This document shows, in pieces, positions 1 to 9,283 of a stretch of 64,000 nucleotides of DNA. The DNA lies in NCBI GenBank assembly GCA_965226375.1, contig CBDDCX010000008.1:1856001-1920000 (forward strand), given 5' to 3'. Position 1 is the first letter of the stretch. Each line of letters opens with the position of its first letter. Made by a program: the position numbers and the translations under genes. Source of the stretch: Longimicrobiales bacterium. Its GTDB lineage: Bacteria > Gemmatimonadota > Gemmatimonadetes > Longimicrobiales > Gaopeijiaceae. The notes under the pieces were generated by a model. It was not told the DNA's origin and searched no databases. It saw nothing but the letters and a program-made list of their open reading frames with translations.

Positions 1-2
1 CC

Positions 3-1036
3 ACCCGCAACGAGCGACAGTCGGTCCTGTCCGCGCTCTGGTTCGCCCTGGCGGGGACGATCCTCATGACCTGGCCGTGGGTGGTGGTGGGGTTGGGATC
101 CCTTCTCGTGCTTCCGGTGGCCACGGCGATTCCCGAGCTCGCGGCCGATCCCGAGCTCGCATATCCGATGATGATCGTGGAGCTCATGCCAACCGGGCTC
201 AGGGGTCTCATGGTGGCCTCGTTCCTGGCGGCGTTCATGAGCACTATGGATACGCATCTGTGCTGGGGCGCCTCCTATCTGGTGAACGACGTGTATTTTC
301 GGTTCATCCGGAAGGATGCAGACGCCCGACACTACGTGCTGGTCGCTCGCATCTCCGTTGCGCTCCTCGCCGTGACCGCCGCTTTCGCTGCCTGGCAGAT
401 GGAGACGATCGAGGGCGCCTGGATCTACGTGATCGAACTCACCGCAGGGGTCGCCCTGGTGTGGCTGCTCCGCTGGTACTGGTGGCGAGTGAACGCCTGG
501 GCCGAGATCGCGGCCATGACCGGCTCCGTGCTGCTGGCCAACGGAGCGCTCTGGGCACGGGCAGCGGCCGGGGTCGGCTGGCTGGGGGAGGCCTCGCTCG
601 GCTCGGTGGAGCGGTTCTATGCGGCTGAATACGACTTCGTTCGGGCCCTCTTAATTCTCGTGCTGTGCTCCGTGGTCTGGGTGACGGTCGCGTTTGTCAC
701 GCGGCCCGATTCGGAGGACCACCTTGACCAGTTCTACCGGACCGTGCGCCCCGGCGGGTGGTGGGGGCCCGTCGCGCTACGGTGCGACGATGTCGTCGTG
801 GGGGGACTGTCGGCCCGACGACGGTGGCTGGGCTTTGCCGCCGGCATGGTGTTCCTGTACGCTTCCCTCGTCGGGATGGGCATCTCCTCACCGGTCGCAC
901 CGGTTCCGGGAGCGCCCTGTTGCTTCTCGGCACCGTGACCGGATTCGTTACCTTGAGCGTCGCCACGGACCGAGAGGCGGACGATCCGGAGCCTGACGTA
1001 GCCGCTGGACGGTTGGGCAGCGGACCACAGCACTGA
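3..1036 (+). CDS. Sodium:solute symporter (SSS family), 5'-partial, with an apparent 1-nt frameshift near 878-880
   Basis: Frame is open from the window edge. Motifs AAFMSTMDTHLCWGASYLVND and LRWYWWRVNAWAEI. The last TM helix (HLLTGRTGSGSALLLLGTV) continues in another frame to TGA at 1036. Confidence 0.8.
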
Positions 1037-1052
1037 CCAAGAGGGATCCAGC

Positions 1053-2426
1053 TTGAAGATCGTACTGGTGGGCGCAGGGAGCCGAGAGTTCGGACCCGCC
1101 ACTCTGCGGGACATCTACCTGAGTGAGCCGTTTGCCGAGCGAGGCACCGAAGTATCGCTCATGGATCTGAGCCCCGATGAGCTGGGCACAACCCTGGCGT
1201 ACGCCGAGTCGCTCTCGAGTCGAATGGACCGAGGCCACAGGGTCACCGCGACCACGGACCTGGCCGAAGCCCTCGATGGCGCCGACTTCGTGGTCATGGC
1301 CATCGAGGTGAATCGCTACTTCTATTGGGCCCAGGACTTCCATGTCCCCCGCACCTACGGCTTCCGGCAGATCTACGGCGAGAACGGTGGCCCCGGTGGG
1401 CTGTTCCATGCCCTGAGGAACATGGGCCCCTCGGTCGACATTGCCCGAGAGATGGAGTCGCGCTGTCCCGATGCCTGGTTGCTCAACTACACGAATCCTC
1501 TCACCAAACTATGTGAGGGCCAGACCCGTCTGACCTCGACGAGGGTGGTGGGGCTCTGTCACGGTATCTGTCACGGCAAGGAGCAGGTCTGCCGTCTCAT
1601 GGAGCATCCCCAGGAAGACCTGTGTGGGTACGCTTGCGGGCTCAACCACTTCACGTGGTTCCAGGAACTCAGCTCGCACAGAACGGGAGAGGATCTCTAC
1701 CCCCGGCTCAAGAAGCGTGAGAAAGAGGCCCACTGGCTCTCCGACTGGGACGAGATCGCATTGAGCCGGATCCTGCTTCGCAGCTTCGGGCTCTTTCCGT
1801 CTCCCGGCGCCAACCACATCGGTGAATACGTCCGCTGGGCGGAGGATTTCCTGGGCAGTAGTCTGCTCCAGTTCTTCTACGATCCGAGGGAAGGAGATCC
1901 CTGGGACACCGGCGACGTGCCGACTTGGCTCTACAACCTCTCCGACCATCCGACCGACGCACCCCTCTTTCCCGACGGCCCCCTACCCCGGCTGAAGCCC
2001 TCCCGAGAGGATCGCGACGCATCAGGTGACGAGATCAAGCCCTCGGGCGAGCTGGCCATCCCCATCATCGAGGGATTGGCTTGCGGGGTGGAGAGGGAGC
2101 TGGCCGCGGTGAACGTGCCGAACGAGGGGTGGATTCCCGGGCTCCCGGACGGAGCCGTTGTGGAAGTGCCCGCCACGGTGGGCCCGGAGGGCCTGCAGCC
2201 TCGAGCGATGGGCCCCCTGCCGGAAGCGGTGCTGGCACTCCTTCGCACCCAGACCAGCATCAACAAGCTCCTTGTGGAAGCATTCTCGGAGATGTCCCGG
2301 AGCAAACTGCTGCAGGCTCTCCTGTTGGACCCGACCTGCTACTCCTACCGGCAGTCCGTCCATCTGATCGACCGTATGTTCGAACTGCAGGCCGACATCC
2401 TGCCAGGGATGGGGTGGGACCAGTAG
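1053..2426 (+). CDS. Family 4 glycoside hydrolase (NAD+/Mn2+-dependent alpha-galactosidase/glucosidase-like)
   Basis: KIVLVGAGS Rossmann start, GENGGPGG, LLNYTNP, VVGLCHG, GLNHF; TTG start. Confidence 0.9.
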   Translation: MKIVLVGAGSREFGPATLRDIYLSEPFAERGTEVSLMDLSPDELGTTLAYAESLSSRMDRGHRVTATTDLAEALDGADFVVMAIEVNRYFYWAQDFHVPRTYGFRQIYGENGGPGGLFHALRNMGPSVDIAREMESRCPDAWLLNYTNPLTKLCEGQTRLTSTRVVGLCHGICHGKEQVCRLMEHPQEDLCGYACGLNHFTWFQELSSHRTGEDLYPRLKKREKEAHWLSDWDEIALSRILLRSFGLFPSPGANHIGEYVRWAEDFLGSSLLQFFYDPREGDPWDTGDVPTWLYNLSDHPTDAPLFPDGPLPRLKPSREDRDASGDEIKPSGELAIPIIEGLACGVERELAAVNVPNEGWIPGLPDGAVVEVPATVGPEGLQPRAMGPLPEAVLALLRTQTSINKLLVEAFSEMSRSKLLQALLLDPTCYSYRQSVHLIDRMFELQADILPGMGWDQ

Positions 2427-2540
2427 GGAGCGTTCCGCGCCTGTCGACGCTCCGATCCCCTACGTCTATATTGCCCCCGCTTCCACCGTTGAGGATCGGG
2501 GATCTACCCACACGAACGCATACACACGTAGAGACCATAC

Positions 2541-3488
2541 TTGAAGAGAATCCTGGTGACGGGAGCCGGCGGCCAGATCGGCTCCGAGCTCGTCCCCGCC
2601 CTGCGGGAGCGATATGGCGAAGAGGCGGTGCTGGCCAGTGACATCCGGGCCCCCAAGGGTGGGCTCATCGATGGGGGCCCCTTCGAGATCATCGACGCGA
2701 CGGATCAGCACGCGGTGGGACACGCGACCATTCGCCACAACGCGGACACGATCTACCACCTGGCGGCGATCCTCTCTGCGGTCGGTGAGAAGGACCCGCG
2801 CTTGGCGTACCGCGTCAACATGGGCACTCTGCACTCGGTCCTCGAGGTGGCCCGTGACCAGGGCTGTGCGGTCTTCACACCCAGCTCCATCGGCGTCTTC
2901 GGACCGTCCACTCCGAGCGATCCGGCGCCGCAGGATACCATCATGAGGCCCACCACCATGTACGGGGTGACCAAGGTGGCCGCCGAGCTCCTGTGCGACT
3001 ACTACCACCTCAAGTACGGGGTGGACACGCGCGGGGTTCGTTATCCGGGGCTCATCTCCCACGGAGCACCGCCGGGAGGCGGAACCACCGATTGGGCCGT
3101 GGACATCTTTTACCACGCCGTCGCAGACGGCCGGTACACATGCTTCCTGGGGCCCGACACGCAACTCGACATGATGTACATGCCGGACGCTATCAGCGCG
3201 GCCATCGAGGTCATGGTGGCCGACCCGACCCGTCTGGTTCATCGCAACGCCTTCAACGTCACGGCCATGCAGTTGGCCCCCGCGACACTCGTGGAGGAGA
3301 TCCGCGAGCACATCCCTGAGTTCGAGATCGGTTACGAGGTCGACCCGGTCCGCGAGACGATCGCCCGCTCCTGGCCCCATCGGATCGACGACAATGCCGC
3401 CCGCGACGAATGGGACTGGTCACCCGAACACGACATGGCGAGCATGACCGCCGACATGATCAAGGAGCTGTCGAGCCGCCAGCCCTGA
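2541..3488 (+). CDS. tdh: L-threonine 3-dehydrogenase (SDR/epimerase type)
   Basis: ILVTGAGGQIG, YGVTK, PGGGTTD, MMYMPD motifs; adjacent to kbl. Confidence 0.85.
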   Translation: MKRILVTGAGGQIGSELVPALRERYGEEAVLASDIRAPKGGLIDGGPFEIIDATDQHAVGHATIRHNADTIYHLAAILSAVGEKDPRLAYRVNMGTLHSVLEVARDQGCAVFTPSSIGVFGPSTPSDPAPQDTIMRPTTMYGVTKVAAELLCDYYHLKYGVDTRGVRYPGLISHGAPPGGGTTDWAVDIFYHAVADGRYTCFLGPDTQLDMMYMPDAISAAIEVMVADPTRLVHRNAFNVTAMQLAPATLVEEIREHIPEFEIGYEVDPVRETIARSWPHRIDDNAARDEWDWSPEHDMASMTADMIKELSSRQP

Positions 3489-3565
3489 ACCGAGGAACCG
3501 CGGGACCGCGAGCCCTGATCCTAAGAGCCATCGGGGCGCGAGCCCCGAACCTGGAGATAGACGAA
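3476..3565. repeat. Three imperfect 30-bp tandem repeats between tdh and kbl
   Basis: AGCCCTGAAC (3481), AGCCCTGATC (3511) and AGCCCCGAAC (3541) recur at an exact 30-nt period, each preceded by CGCS. Confidence 0.6.
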
Positions 3566-3566
3566 C

Positions 3567-4829
3567 ATGCCTCTCGATCGTATAGCCGGTGTGCTGGATG
3601 CTCACGTCGCGGGCCTCCACGAAGCCGGAACGGCAAAGGGTGCCGAGACCGTGTTCACCGGAGTCCGGAGGGCCGAGGGAGACCGCGGCCCTCGATTCCT
3701 CCTGGAGGGCGAGGGAGACAAGGAGTTCATACGCCTGAACTCCAACTCCTACCTCGGTCTGGGACTCAATCCCGAAGTCATCCGTGCCGAGGAGAGGGGT
3801 TCCGCCGAGTTCGGAGCGGGCCCGGGGGCGGTTCGTTTTATCAGCGGGTCGTACTCAGCCCACCTGGAGCTCGAGCGCAAGCTGGCAGATTTCCACGGGC
3901 GGGAATCGGCCGTGATCTTCTCGTCTGCCTACGCATGCGTCGTCGCGACCATCTCGTCTCTGGTCACGTCCGAGACGGTCCTCGTCAGTGATGCACTCAA
4001 CCACAACTGCATCATCAACGCCATGAAGTTGTCGCGACCGGCCGGCAAGGTCATCTACGACCACAACTCGGTGACGGGCCTCGACCGGGCCCTCGCGGAG
4101 TGGGCGGGCAAAGCCAAGCGGGCACTCATCGTCACGGACGGCATCTTCAGCATGCGCGGAGATCACGCTCCATTGGACGAGATCATGGATGTGGTGGCAC
4201 GTCACGACCCCGCCTACGAAGAGAACGCGGTGGTGTTGGTAGACGACTCCCACGGCGTGGGCTCGTTCGGAAGGACCGGGCGTGGAGTCGAGGAGTTCAC
4301 CGGTTCCGCTCAGGTGGACATTCTCGTAGGCACGCTCGGAAAGGCCTTTGGAGTGAACGGTGGATACGTCACCGCCCCCGAGTCGGTGATCAACTTTCTG
4401 CGCGAGAGCTCGCCGACGTATATCTACTCCAACCCCATCACCGTCGGAGAGGCCAAGGCAGGGCTCGAGTCGGTGCAGATCGTGGACAGCCCCGAGGGCC
4501 TGGCCCTGCTGGACAAGCTGCGGGGTCTGACCAAACGCTTCGAGGACGGCTTGGGACGCCTGGGCATCGAAACCATCCCCGGTGAGCATCCCGTAGTTCC
4601 GCTCATGATCCGCGATACCGAAAGGACCCGAGCCCTCGTCGACTATCTGTACGACAACGGGGTTCTGGTCACGGGACTGGCCTATCCGGTGGTGCCGAAG
4701 GGTGACGAAGAAATCCGCACTCAGATCAATGCCGATCATACGGAAGCCGATATCGACCACGTGCTCGGACTGCTTGAAGCGTACGACGGTGAACCCCAAC
4801 GGCTGAACATCACAGGAGACTCACCATGA
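3567..4829 (+). CDS. kbl: 2-amino-3-ketobutyrate CoA ligase (glycine C-acetyltransferase)
   Basis: NSYLGL, AVRFISG, SDALNHNCII, DDSHG, GTLGKAFG (PLP lysine). Confidence 0.88.
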   Translation: MPLDRIAGVLDAHVAGLHEAGTAKGAETVFTGVRRAEGDRGPRFLLEGEGDKEFIRLNSNSYLGLGLNPEVIRAEERGSAEFGAGPGAVRFISGSYSAHLELERKLADFHGRESAVIFSSAYACVVATISSLVTSETVLVSDALNHNCIINAMKLSRPAGKVIYDHNSVTGLDRALAEWAGKAKRALIVTDGIFSMRGDHAPLDEIMDVVARHDPAYEENAVVLVDDSHGVGSFGRTGRGVEEFTGSAQVDILVGTLGKAFGVNGGYVTAPESVINFLRESSPTYIYSNPITVGEAKAGLESVQIVDSPEGLALLDKLRGLTKRFEDGLGRLGIETIPGEHPVVPLMIRDTERTRALVDYLYDNGVLVTGLAYPVVPKGDEEIRTQINADHTEADIDHVLGLLEAYDGEPQRLNITGDSP

Positions 4830-5503
4830 TCAGAGCGACATCGGACGGAAACAGGAACAGGCGGCAGATCGGATCCAAGGCTTGTCTGTTCGGACGGTCG
4901 GCGCTGGTGCTGGCGCTTGCGTGGGCCGCGGCTCTGCCGAGCGACTCCGCTTCTGCTCAGGATTCCGGTTCGGTAGCCATCACGATCCGTACGGCCATGG
5001 GGGACATCGACCTCGAGCTCTACCCGGACCGGGCACCGATCACCGTGGCCAACTTTCTCGCCTATCTCGATGCGGGCCACTACAACGGAGGCGGGTTTTA
5101 CCGGGTAGTGCGCTACGACAACGACAACGGCAACCCGAAGATCGAGGTCATCCAAGGCGGCGTGAACGAAGAGGGCCGGGCAGCGTTCCCGGCCATCGCC
5201 CACGAGAGCACCGAAGACACCGGCTTGCTGCACGTCGACGGAGCGATCTCCATGGCCCGGGGTGGAGTCGGGACAGCCACCTCGGAGTTCTTCATCTGCA
5301 TCGGCGATCAGCAGGGACTCGACCACGGCCAATCCCGCAACGCGGACATGCAAGGATTCGCGGCGTTCGGGCAGGTGGTGGGCGGAATGGACGTGGTGCG
5401 TGCCATCGATCAGCTCGAGGCTCCCGCGACGGCGGAGGGCGCATACACGAGTGGCCAAATACTCGAGGAGCCGGTGCGGATCGTCGAGGTGGTGCGAAGG
5501 TGA
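4826..5503 (+). CDS. Exported cyclophilin-type peptidyl-prolyl isomerase
   Basis: Signal peptide; APITVANFLAY, FYRVV, VIQGG, ISMAR, TSEFFI, FGQVVGGMDVV. Confidence 0.9.
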   Translation: MIRATSDGNRNRRQIGSKACLFGRSALVLALAWAAALPSDSASAQDSGSVAITIRTAMGDIDLELYPDRAPITVANFLAYLDAGHYNGGGFYRVVRYDNDNGNPKIEVIQGGVNEEGRAAFPAIAHESTEDTGLLHVDGAISMARGGVGTATSEFFICIGDQQGLDHGQSRNADMQGFAAFGQVVGGMDVVRAIDQLEAPATAEGAYTSGQILEEPVRIVEVVRR

Positions 5504-6537
5504 GCGCGCAAGACCCACCGGACGGACCAGCTGTCGGCCCGGACACACTGATCCTCACCCAGCCGGAGGTGCGCCGCCTCCTGCCCATGCGAGCGTGTAT
5601 GGACCTGATGGCCGAGGCGTTCCGTTCCCTGGGCCGGGGCGAGGGTATCAACCCGTTACGCTCGGCGATTCGCCTTCCAGGAGATCGGGGCATCCTGGGG
5701 CTGATGCCCGGCATGTCCGGCTCCCCCGAAGCGCTCGGGCTCAAGGTGGTGACGGTCTTTCCGGGTAATCACGGCACCCCGTACGACGCCCACCAAGGCC
5801 TGGTGGTACTCTTCGACACCGAGTATGGACTTCCGACCGCGATCCTGGACGCGAGTGAGGTCACCGCCATCAGGACCGCCGCCGCGAGCGGAGTGGCTAC
5901 GGAGCTCCTCACCCGAGAAGACGCGACCGAATTGGCCATCATCGGATCCGGCGTCCAGGCACGGACACACCTGGAGGCCATGATCGAAGCGCGGCCGATA
6001 GCAAGGGTGCGGGTCTACAGCCCCACCGAGGCCAATCGCCTCGCATTTGCCGAGCTGGAGACCGAACGTCACGGCATTACCGTGGAGGCCGTGGCGTCGG
6101 CCGAAGAGGCCGCACGTGACGCCGACATTATCTGCACGGTGACGTCATCGCGGGAGCCGGTGCTCAAGGGGGACTGGATCGCTCTCGGTACCCACGTCAA
6201 TGCGGCCGGCTCCAGCGTGAAGTTCACTCGAGAGCTCGATACCGAGGCGGTCGTAATATCCCGACTGTTTGTGGATCAACGAGAATCGACCTTGAACGAG
6301 GCCGGTGACTTTCTCTTCCCGAAGGTCGAGGGGGCCATCGACGACTCCCACATCGTGGGGGAGCTCGGAGAGGTCCTGCTGGGTGAACTGAACGGTCGAG
6401 AGACCGAGAAAGAGATCACCCTGTTCAAGTCATTGGGGCTTGCAGTCGAGGACCTGGTGTCGGCCCACTACGTCCTGGAACGAGCCCGGTCAGAGGGCGT
6501 CGGTGTGTCGGTGCCCTTGGGAGGGTTGCGCCATTAA
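5500..6537 (+). CDS. Ornithine cyclodeaminase / mu-crystallin family protein
   Basis: GTG at 5500 overlaps the upstream stop; GLKVVTVFPGN, TAIRTAAASG, IIGSGVQA, LFKSLGLAVED. Confidence 0.88.
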   Translation: MSAQDPPDGPAVGPDTLILTQPEVRRLLPMRACMDLMAEAFRSLGRGEGINPLRSAIRLPGDRGILGLMPGMSGSPEALGLKVVTVFPGNHGTPYDAHQGLVVLFDTEYGLPTAILDASEVTAIRTAAASGVATELLTREDATELAIIGSGVQARTHLEAMIEARPIARVRVYSPTEANRLAFAELETERHGITVEAVASAEEAARDADIICTVTSSREPVLKGDWIALGTHVNAAGSSVKFTRELDTEAVVISRLFVDQRESTLNEAGDFLFPKVEGAIDDSHIVGELGEVLLGELNGRETEKEITLFKSLGLAVEDLVSAHYVLERARSEGVGVSVPLGGLRH

Positions 6538-6541
6538 AACA

Positions 6542-7504
6542 GTGGAGCCCATCCCCCTGAAGGCCATCCAAGAGGCACGGGAGCGCATTAAAGGCGTAGC
6601 GCTCCGTACGCCGCTCGTGCCACTGTTCGCGGACGATGCCCCTGCAGAGATCTATCTCAAGCTCGAGAGCCTGCAGCCCATCGGCTCCTTCAAGTTGAGG
6701 GGGTCGGGGAACGCCATGGCGCACGCCGACCCGGCGCTCCTTGCCGACGGCGTCTATACGGCCAGCGCCGGGAACATGGCTCAGGGCGTGGCGTGGAACG
6801 CTCGCCGTCTGGGTATCCCCTGTCGGGTCGTGGTCCCCGACACGGCGCCGGACACCAAGATGGAGGCCATCCGCCGCCTCGGGGCCGTGGCCATCTCCCT
6901 GCCCTTCGAGGAGTGGTGGGAGGTCATCGTGAATCACCACCATCCCGGCGTCCCGGGCCTCTTTATCCACCCGGTGAGCGACCCCGCGGTCATCGCCGGC
7001 AACGGCACCGTGGGCCTCGAGATCATCGAAGATCTTCCCGACGTAGATACGGTGCTCGTCCCCTACGGCGGCGGCGGACTGAGCTGCGGGATCGCCTCGG
7101 CGGTGAAGGCGCTCAAACCGGGCACCAACGTATTCGCATGTGAAGTCGAGACCGCCGCACCTCTCCGCGCGTCGCTCGAAAAGGGAGCGCCCACAGCGAT
7201 CGATCGGACCCCGACCTTTATCGACGGGATCGGTGGCAAGAGCGTGTTGGCAGAGATGTGGCCCCTGGCCCGTACGCTCCTGAACGGTTCTCTCGTCGTG
7301 AGCGTCGAGGCGATCGTCGAGGCGCTTCGCCTACTCGTGTTCAGAAACCGGCTCATCGTAGAGGGGGCGGGAGCCGCACCGGTGGCGGCAGCCACTGCGG
7401 GGCTGGGAGGGAGCGGGAAAATCGTGTGTGTGGTCTCTGGAGGCAACCTCTCCCGGGCTGCGCTTCGCAGCGTCCTAGAGGGGCGCATTCCGGAGCCCGG
7501 CTAG
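6542..7504 (+). CDS. PLP-dependent threonine/serine dehydratase family protein
   Basis: LKLESLQPIGSFKLRG, SAGNMAQG, PYGGGGL, VEGAGA, VSGGN. Start codon uncertain. Confidence 0.85.
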   Translation: MEPIPLKAIQEARERIKGVALRTPLVPLFADDAPAEIYLKLESLQPIGSFKLRGSGNAMAHADPALLADGVYTASAGNMAQGVAWNARRLGIPCRVVVPDTAPDTKMEAIRRLGAVAISLPFEEWWEVIVNHHHPGVPGLFIHPVSDPAVIAGNGTVGLEIIEDLPDVDTVLVPYGGGGLSCGIASAVKALKPGTNVFACEVETAAPLRASLEKGAPTAIDRTPTFIDGIGGKSVLAEMWPLARTLLNGSLVVSVEAIVEALRLLVFRNRLIVEGAGAAPVAAATAGLGGSGKIVCVVSGGNLSRAALRSVLEGRIPEPG

Positions 7505-7676
7505 TCGGGGGCATCGAGGAGGAAACCGCGGTCCGCGGCTGGTGAGCTCGTCGGTCGTGCACGAATTTCCTGGCGTCCTCCGCCACGGTGGGGTAAGCTG
7601 AATCAGTCCCCCTGACCGATTGCGTAGCCTCTAGATACCACAGCGCGAACAGTCCACAAAACTGACCTGAGGTACT

Positions 7677-8195
7677 ATGCGATCCAAGCTGCTCTACACT
7701 GCTGCGCTGGTTACGGCTTTCCTCTTGGACGCCATCGTCGTCTTCGTCTTCACCGATCCGGTGATGCGAGTCATCGTTGCTCTTCTCATACTCCTACCGA
7801 TCATATGGGCCGCCGACGCCCTGGGGATCGCCGACATGGTCAGCGACTTACCCAGGACCAAGGTCCGCCACCGGCAATACGGCGCCCTTCGTTCGCACGT
7901 GAGGCTTTTGCTCGACGTTGTTCGGCGGATGAACTGGCTGGCGGTGGACCTGGAGCGGGGCTTTCGGAGCCCGAACGAAGTGGAAGAAGAGATGGACCAG
8001 GCGTACATACGCATGAAGGGGATCGTGGACGACATCAGAGACGTCGCAGGCCGACCCTCCGCCGATCCGGAGGTAGAGGCTACCCCGGACCTGATGTTGT
8101 CCCGGGAAGAAACTCCCCAGGCTGTTCCGGCCTCCGGGGGCGAGGCTTCCGAAGACACTACAACGTCAGCAGACGACACTCCAGAGGAGGGGTAG
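7677..8195 (+). CDS. Hypothetical membrane protein (2 TM helices plus acidic tail)
   Basis: GAGG RBS before ATG; two N-terminal hydrophobic segments. Confidence 0.7.
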   Translation: MRSKLLYTAALVTAFLLDAIVVFVFTDPVMRVIVALLILLPIIWAADALGIADMVSDLPRTKVRHRQYGALRSHVRLLLDVVRRMNWLAVDLERGFRSPNEVEEEMDQAYIRMKGIVDDIRDVAGRPSADPEVEATPDLMLSREETPQAVPASGGEASEDTTTSADDTPEEG

Positions 8196-8200
8196 CCACC

Positions 8201-8677
8201 GTGCGTGTTCGAGCCTGTGTCCTGCTAATTCTGATGGCGGCCTGTGCGACGCCCGAGATGACCGACGAGCAGCGAGCGGAAGTAGCTGCCGAGATCATGG
8301 CCGCCACCGACGACTTCGTGGCCGGATTGGCGTCCTTGGACGGAGACGCTTTCGTGGCCCCTTTCACCGATGCCGGTGACCTGGTGTACGTGGACGGCGG
8401 TCGTATCTACCCCGACCGCGATGCCCTCAAGAACGCCTTCGCCGGCTTCGCGTCTCGTCAGGAGCGGATCGGCGGCACCTGGGACCCGGCCCACGTGACC
8501 GTGCTTGGACCTGACGGAGCGGCATTTACCGGTGTCTTCCATGCCGACGTGGTGGACACGTCCGGCGTGGCGCAGTGGACGAATGGGAAGATCTGGACCT
8601 TCGTATACCAGAGGCGCGGCGGCGAGTGGAAGATCGTACAGTCACACGAGTCGAATGGACGCGCACCGAGCAACTAA
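8201..8677 (+). CDS. NTF2/SnoaL-like (DUF4440-type) lipoprotein
   Basis: GGAGG RBS, GTG start, lipobox MAAC, C-terminal WTFVYQRRGGEWKIVQSHES. Confidence 0.8.
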   Translation: MRVRACVLLILMAACATPEMTDEQRAEVAAEIMAATDDFVAGLASLDGDAFVAPFTDAGDLVYVDGGRIYPDRDALKNAFAGFASRQERIGGTWDPAHVTVLGPDGAAFTGVFHADVVDTSGVAQWTNGKIWTFVYQRRGGEWKIVQSHESNGRAPSN

Positions 8678-8687
8678 GAAGGTCGGC

Positions 8688-9269
8688 TCAGGGCCACACC
8701 AGTCGCCAGCTCTTCACGAAGGATCCGACAAGGGCTCCCCCGGCTATTCCCAACCCGGCGCCGGCCGCACCCAGTATTCCCACGGCTTCTAAGGTATTGG
8801 CCTCGCAGTCGTCGTCGTTGCAGAGCACCTCTCCGACGACTATGCCGAGCCCCGCCCCCACTATCGCGCCGATCACCCCGCCGAGGAGGGCCCCCCTGCC
8901 GATACCCGACTTGCGCACCCACAACCCCTCGATCCTCTCCACGGGCACGTGTTGAACGCCCGCATCCCGGCTCACGAGCACCTCTTCGCCCTCTATCGCC
9001 AAAAACGTACCCTCGATGCGAAACGCATCTGCACCACGCACACGCACATGGTCGCCGGGCTCGAGCTCGTTGACGATGTGAGCCTGGATCTCCCGCGAGA
9101 GCGTCGTCTGGGCTCGGGCTTGGGCGGGTACGAGGATGAGCGAAAAGAGAAGGAGACTCAGGCCGAACGCACTGCGCGGAGCCCCCCCGGACGGGCAGAC
9201 GCCACGCCATAGACGAGATGATCGCCTTCGGCTCAATCTCGACACCCGACTCACACCTCCCACCCGCAC
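8688..9269 (-). CDS. Hypothetical exported/membrane protein with glycine-zipper helices
   Basis: Signal-like segment ending ARA-Q, small beta domain, GALLGGVIGAIVGAG repeats. Start uncertain. Confidence 0.65.
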   Translation of the reverse strand: MRVGGVSRVSRLSRRRSSRLWRGVCPSGGAPRSAFGLSLLLFSLILVPAQARAQTTLSREIQAHIVNELEPGDHVRVRGADAFRIEGTFLAIEGEEVLVSRDAGVQHVPVERIEGLWVRKSGIGRGALLGGVIGAIVGAGLGIVVGEVLCNDDDCEANTLEAVGILGAAGAGLGIAGGALVGSFVKSWRLVWP

Positions 9270-9283
9270 AAGAACCGTCCCGT

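Noticed and set aside
3476..3565. 30-bp repeats as a mini-CRISPR array
   Set aside because: Units are degenerate, spacers too short, and no cas genes are present.
4882..5499. N-terminal extensions of ORFs 4882-6537, 7805-8677, 36713-37783 and 48151-49701
   Set aside because: They overlap neighbouring genes or intergenic DNA; better starts exist at 5500, 8201, 37483 and 48415.
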